From: a virus
Taxonomy: Duplodnaviria > Heunggongvirae > Uroviricota > Caudoviricetes
DNA: 25,810 bases
Virus record (IMG/VR): IMGVR_UViG_2548876964_000006
Location: 1 to 25,810 of that record
Direction: 5' to 3' (one strand)
The position numbers and the translations under genes are program-made. Within the stretch, counting starts at the first letter, position 1; every line of letters begins with the position of its first letter. The notes beneath the pieces were generated by a model. That model was not told where the DNA came from and searched no databases. It saw nothing but the letters and a program-made list of their open reading frames with translations. Positions 22,097-25,810 of the stretch are shown one piece after another.

Positions 22097-22162
22097 AATA
22101 ATAAATTAATTAGTACATATGCGCCATTTGATATAGCGCACATTAACATCGGGAGAATAATC

Positions 22163-22318
22163 GTGTCATCCAAGGCTAATTATGAATCGCTGGCATCGAT
22201 CATGCCGCGTAATGAACAGGAAACAGATGCTGTAGTGGACCCTGTAATCGCTGAAATGAATGCTCGCCTGGAGGCTGAATTTGCAGCTGAGAATGAACAT
22301 ACCACGCAGGGCGACTAG
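22163..22318 (+). CDS. small acidic protein (51 aa)
   Basis: GTG 7 nt after GGGAG; overlaps the next gene start by 26 bp. Confidence 0.3.
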   Translation: MSSKANYESLASIMPRNEQETDAVVDPVIAEMNARLEAEFAAENEHTTQGD

Positions 22319-22922
22319 GACTGTTTTTTGTGTCGGTAGCGGTCCGTCACTCACTCGTGAGGACTGTGCTGCTATAGAAAAAACTGGCTGTTCAATCATC
22401 GCGGTTAACAATTCCTGGCAGATGTTCGATGACATTTATGCCTTATACGCCGGTGATTTGTCATGGTGGAAGCAATACGGATCCACCATACCGGGAGGGA
22501 GATTCCGCAAAGTGACAGCCAACCTGGCGGCGGCGAAATCATTTTCGTTGGAGTACAGGCGATATTGTGGACCGGCGGAAGGGGTAAATAGCGGCGCGCA
22601 GGCTATCAGTCTGGCTGCTGAATCAGGGGCTGAAGTAGTGGTATTAGTCGGCTATGACTGTTCTCTGCAAAACGGCCTTCATTGGCATGGCGCGCACCCT
22701 CAAGCCCTACGGAATCCAACGCAGGTGTCTATTTCAAAATGGCAACAGCAGTTCCTGGATACCCGCAAAAAACACGCAGATTTACATATTTTGAATGCAA
22801 GTAGGAGCAGTGCAATTCAATGTTTCCCAAGAATAAATTTAGAGGCAGTGATCGCGTTATTATCGTCGGCAGTGGCCCAAGCGCCGCAAACTTTGTTGCG
22901 CCGCGCGGAGTGCCGATTATAG
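22293..22922 (+). CDS. GSGPS-motif Rossmann-like protein, paralog A (DUF115/MptE-like or GT42-like)
   Basis: VFCVGSGPSL...IIAVN and NSGAQAISLAAESGAEVVVLVGYD resemble the MptE/Maf/Cst-II fold; paralog of 22820..23446. Confidence 0.5.
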   Translation: MNIPRRATRTVFCVGSGPSLTREDCAAIEKTGCSIIAVNNSWQMFDDIYALYAGDLSWWKQYGSTIPGGRFRKVTANLAAAKSFSLEYRRYCGPAEGVNSGAQAISLAAESGAEVVVLVGYDCSLQNGLHWHGAHPQALRNPTQVSISKWQQQFLDTRKKHADLHILNASRSSAIQCFPRINLEAVIALLSSAVAQAPQTLLRRAECRL

Positions 22923-23446
22923 CGGTCAATGGGGCCATCGACTGGCTGAACCGCGCTTCTTATTTTTTCACACTTGATCCATCGCCAGACAATATGCGGC
23001 GCGTTGGTCGTGGCCGCCGTCGCCGTGGTGTTTGTTATTGCATGGCACTACCCGATGTTAAAGAACGTGAAGTCAGAGGCGGCGTTCTGTGCTTCCGTCG
23101 TGTGGCTGAACGTGGCATGGAGCCAAAAAATACGAATTCTCCCGAGTGGTGGGCGTGGCGCTGGTCCGCACATTTCGGACTTTGCGAAGATGAGAATGAA
23201 ATTGCCAGCGGCAATAGTGCATATGGTGCTCTGAACCTGGCTTTCCATATCGGATTCAAACATGTCGCCCTGGTGGGCGTTGACGCTACACAAGAACCAC
23301 GCGTTCACTCCGGCGGCACGCCAAAAAATCTAAGTCACCTGCCTTTGTTATTCCAGTCTGCGCGTGAACGGATTGACGTTGTTTCATGCGGGAAAATGGG
23401 AGGTATTCCGCAGATGACTCTTAAAGAATGGCTGAAGAATACATGA
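22820..23446 (+). CDS. GSGPS-motif Rossmann-like protein, paralog B
   Basis: [10 protein letters not shown]...IIAVN and [24 protein letters not shown]; overlaps paralog A by 103 bp in another frame. Confidence 0.5.
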   Translation: MFPKNKFRGSDRVIIVGSGPSAANFVAPRGVPIIAVNGAIDWLNRASYFFTLDPSPDNMRRVGRGRRRRGVCYCMALPDVKEREVRGGVLCFRRVAERGMEPKNTNSPEWWAWRWSAHFGLCEDENEIASGNSAYGALNLAFHIGFKHVALVGVDATQEPRVHSGGTPKNLSHLPLLFQSARERIDVVSCGKMGGIPQMTLKEWLKNT

Positions 23447-24120
23447 TGGCACCAACAATTTATCACCGTATCGACGGTACCAAATACAGGAATATCTGGG
23501 TTGTTGGTGATCTGCATGGTTGCTACACCAGACTGATGTCCGAACTCCATCGTGTGGATTTTGACCCGGCGCAGGATTTACTGATATCGGTCGGCGACCT
23601 TATCGATCGCGGTACTGAAAATGTCGAATGTCTGGAACTATTGCAGATGCCCTGGTTCAGGGCAGTGATGGGGAACCATGAGCGGCTGATGATTGATGCG
23701 TTAAGTCCTGATGGCAACGTGAATAACTGGCTAATGAATGGCGGACAATGGTTCTTCATGCTGGACACTGATCAGGAAATATTAGCCAGGGCGCTGGTGG
23801 AGCTGGTAAAGCGTCTGCCCTATATCATTGAGTTGAACACCGGGCAAGAAACTATCGTTATAGCCCATGCCGACTATCCGGATAATGAATACCAATTCGG
23901 TAAGGAGGTGCCGCTTTTCAACGTTGTCTGGGCGCGCGAGCGTATCAGTGATTCGATGGATGATATTGGTGGCGAAATTTCGGGCGCAGATCGTTTTATC
24001 TTTGGTCACACTCCGGTGAAAAGCCCGAAGACATTCTGGAATCAGCAGTATATCGACACTGGTGCCGTATTTTGCGGAAACCTGACATTGATGAAAGTGA
24101 AAGGTGATGGTGCAGCATGA
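23443..24120 (+). CDS. serine/threonine protein phosphatase, lambda-PPase/calcineurin-like family
   Basis: GDLHG, GDLIDRG and GNHE metallophosphoesterase motifs; start overlaps the upstream stop. P1 encodes a comparable Ppp. Confidence 0.75.
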   Translation: MMAPTIYHRIDGTKYRNIWVVGDLHGCYTRLMSELHRVDFDPAQDLLISVGDLIDRGTENVECLELLQMPWFRAVMGNHERLMIDALSPDGNVNNWLMNGGQWFFMLDTDQEILARALVELVKRLPYIIELNTGQETIVIAHADYPDNEYQFGKEVPLFNVVWARERISDSMDDIGGEISGADRFIFGHTPVKSPKTFWNQQYIDTGAVFCGNLTLMKVKGDGAA

Positions 24121-24818
24121 AGATTGCTTTAGTTCTTCGCTCTGGTGGTGACTATAACGCTTCCGATGTGCAGTGGCTGGTTAATCAACTGCCAAAAGGC
24201 TATGAAATTATTTGCCTGACAGACCTGAAGCGTTTACATGTACCTGGCGTCAAAGTTGTCCCATTGATCAACCAGTGGCAAAAGTGCCGTGGCTGGTGGG
24301 CGAAAATCGAGTTGTTCCGACCGGATATAACCGATGATCTGTTCTATCTGGATTTGGACACGGTTATTGCCGGTGATATACGCCCAATCCTTGAGAATCC
24401 ACCAACCTGCTTCACCATGCTTAGGGATTTTTACCATCCACAATATCGTGGTAGCGGTGCCCTGTGGATACCAAATAGTGTAAAAGCACATATCTGGAGT
24501 TCATTCTGGCAAGATCCGGAAGGTTGGATTGCTCGTTGTGTCACTACTGAGTGCTGGGGTGATCAGGGATTCTTACGGAAGGTTATGGGCGATGATACAC
24601 CAGCATTTCAGGATCTGTATCCAGGATGGTTTGTAAGTTACAAGGCCGATGTTGTGGAACCTGGTTCAAAATATGCGAGCGCGCGTTACTCCAGGGGGAA
24701 TGGGGCATTACCAAAGGACTGCCGAATAATCTTTTTCCACGGCAAACCGCGGCCTCGCGAAGTGTCAGAGGATTGGCTTCCCCTCATTAGCTCGTTTTTT
24801 GAGCGAGAATCAGAATAA
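24117..24818 (+). CDS. GT-A fold glycosyltransferase-like protein (GT8-like)
   Basis: [13 protein letters not shown] (DxD), GDQGFL and [10 protein letters not shown] resemble the GT8 DxD / DQxxLN / HxxGxxKPW motifs. Confidence 0.5.
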   Translation: MKIALVLRSGGDYNASDVQWLVNQLPKGYEIICLTDLKRLHVPGVKVVPLINQWQKCRGWWAKIELFRPDITDDLFYLDLDTVIAGDIRPILENPPTCFTMLRDFYHPQYRGSGALWIPNSVKAHIWSSFWQDPEGWIARCVTTECWGDQGFLRKVMGDDTPAFQDLYPGWFVSYKADVVEPGSKYASARYSRGNGALPKDCRIIFFHGKPRPREVSEDWLPLISSFFERESE

Positions 24819-24819
24819 T

Positions 24820-24849
24820 ATTGCTCTAATAATTCCATATTTTTAAAAC
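24820..24849 (+). promoter_or_regulatory. C1-operator-like site (ATTGCTCTAATAATTCC, 14/17) with -35 TTGCTC and -10 TAAAAC
   Basis: Third copy of the 30-bp promoter architecture; the predicted start site falls in the loop of the adjacent hairpin. Confidence 0.45.
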
Positions 24850-24874
24850 GTGATGTACACTCATCACGTTTTTT
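24845..24874. terminator. bidirectional terminator hairpin flanked by inverted operator-like copies
   Basis: AAAACGTGATG / CATCACGTTTT stem with A/T runs on both sides. Confidence 0.55.
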
Positions 24875-24885
24875 ATTAGAGCAAT
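24869..24885 (-). promoter_or_regulatory. inverted C1-operator-like site (ATTGCTCTAATAAAAAA on the minus strand, 14/17)
   Basis: Forms a symmetric pair with the site at 24820 around the hairpin. Confidence 0.4.
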
Positions 24886-24899
24886 CTACAAGGTGCACT

Positions 24900-25118
24900 A
24901 TGTGGCCATTCCGACGGAAATATCACTACTGGCTGATCGCCTTTGTTACGCCGACCGGCGGTATCAGGCATGTCATCACCAGGTATCGCAACAAGAGACT
25001 CACCTTAGCCAGAATTTTACAGGCTGCCATAGGTGAGGGACTGGATACAAATTGCGTAGTCCTTCCACCTTCATACTTAGGAAAAATGACCGAAGCACAA
25101 GCTAATACGGAACTTTGA
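24900..25118 (+). CDS. hypothetical small protein
   Basis: ATG after AAGGTG, immediately downstream of the operator and promoter. Confidence 0.45.
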   Translation: MWPFRRKYHYWLIAFVTPTGGIRHVITRYRNKRLTLARILQAAIGEGLDTNCVVLPPSYLGKMTEAQANTEL

Positions 25119-25119
25119 A

Positions 25120-25810
25120 ATGAGCACTTCAGCACAAAACCAATCAATCGAAAATGTTTCTATCCCTGATGTCCTGAATGCCGGTATCCCGGCCATTATC
25201 CAGAACATCCGAGCCGCGCAACGCCGCGTTAGTTGTGATGACCTCACAGCGCGTTTTTTTGATAATGCGGTTCAGTCAGCGGAGATGCTTCACGCACAGC
25301 TTATTGATGTTTATAACGCAGAAGCTGATAGCCATAACTCCCTGGTAGATGCAGCTGAAAATATGCAGTTGGATCTCGGTCTGAAGGGTAAAGAAATTGA
25401 AGAGCTTCAGCTGGAAATTGAACATTTGAAACGCCAGCAACAGGACGCGATCGAAGATGCGACGCATGACGCCAACCAGCGTGCTGATAATGCCGAACGT
25501 ATAAGCATTGAGCTGGAAACAAAACTCAATGAAATGACCGCGATGGTTGTGCTGCGGAACTCACAGATTTCAACTCTAAAATCTCAATATAAAGAGATCA
25601 TGAAACTTGATCCTTTTAACCTTGAGAAACGCTATAACAAAGCCAAAAGCGAGCGACAGGAACTGCGTAAGCAGATTGTCGACCTTAACCAACAGCTCAA
25701 AAAGGCTATTAAAGATGCAAGCGAGGCGCGCGTGGCATTTGCTAATAAAAAAGCAGAGGTTACCGAGCTGGTTAATGAAAACGCCAAATTTGCGACGCTC
25801 AAGAAGGAAA
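25120..25810 (+). CDS. hypothetical coiled-coil protein, 3'-truncated at window end; paralog of the gene at 2..823
   Basis: ATG 25120 opens a frame with no stop to the window end (translated by hand); the last 227 nt are identical to 25-251. Confidence 0.55.
   Translation, partial: MSTSAQNQSIENVSIPDVLNAGIPAIIQNIRAAQRRVSCDDLTARFFDNAVQSAEMLHAQLIDVYNAEADSHNSLVDAAENMQLDLGLKGKEIEELQLEIEHLKRQQQDAIEDATHDANQRADNAERISIELETKLNEMTAMVVLRNSQISTLKSQYKEIMKLDPFNLEKRYNKAKSERQELRKQIVDLNQQLKKAIKDASEARVAFANKKAEVTELVNENAKFATLKKE
25584..25810 (+). repeat. direct repeat copy, identical to 25..251
   Basis: 227/227 identity by direct comparison; the 25 bp immediately upstream share only about 12/25. Confidence 0.85.

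Overview
This window reads as part of a P1-like temperate phage or phage-plasmid from an enterobacterial host. The core I recognise by sequence is hot (HolE/theta homolog, 8717-8968), a LexA box plus humD (natively truncated UmuD'-like, 9091-9480), the phd-doc addiction module (9553-10154), a PdcB-position protein, an Lpa-position protein, pacA carrying a clustered TGATCA/G pac site, and pacB. Left of this core (1-8350) is a plus-strand run of small accessory genes of lambdoid flavour: a HAD-like phosphatase, an ASCH-like protein, two Ead/Ea22-like genes (one frameshifted), a DUF551-like protein and several small membrane peptides. Right of pacB lie a structured leader, a small ORF coupled to a KilAC-type antirepressor-like gene, a six-gene minus-strand operon ending in a hub-like and a gpV/gp5-like spike protein, and a plus-strand cluster with a VRR-NUC nuclease, two tandem paralogous GSGPS (DUF115/GT42-like) proteins, a lambda-PPase-family phosphatase and a GT-A (DxD) glycosyltransferase-like protein. 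A 17-bp motif matching the P1 C1 operator consensus (ATTGCTCTAATAAATTT, from memory) occurs at least six times, three times with conserved promoter geometry, but no clear c1 gene is in the window. The first 227 bp of the window (25-251) are identical to the last 227 bp (25584-25810), inside two paralogous coiled-coil genes whose upstream parts diverge. No rRNA, tRNA, CRISPR array, integrase or IS element was found. Functional calls rest on motif recognition by eye; no database search was run.
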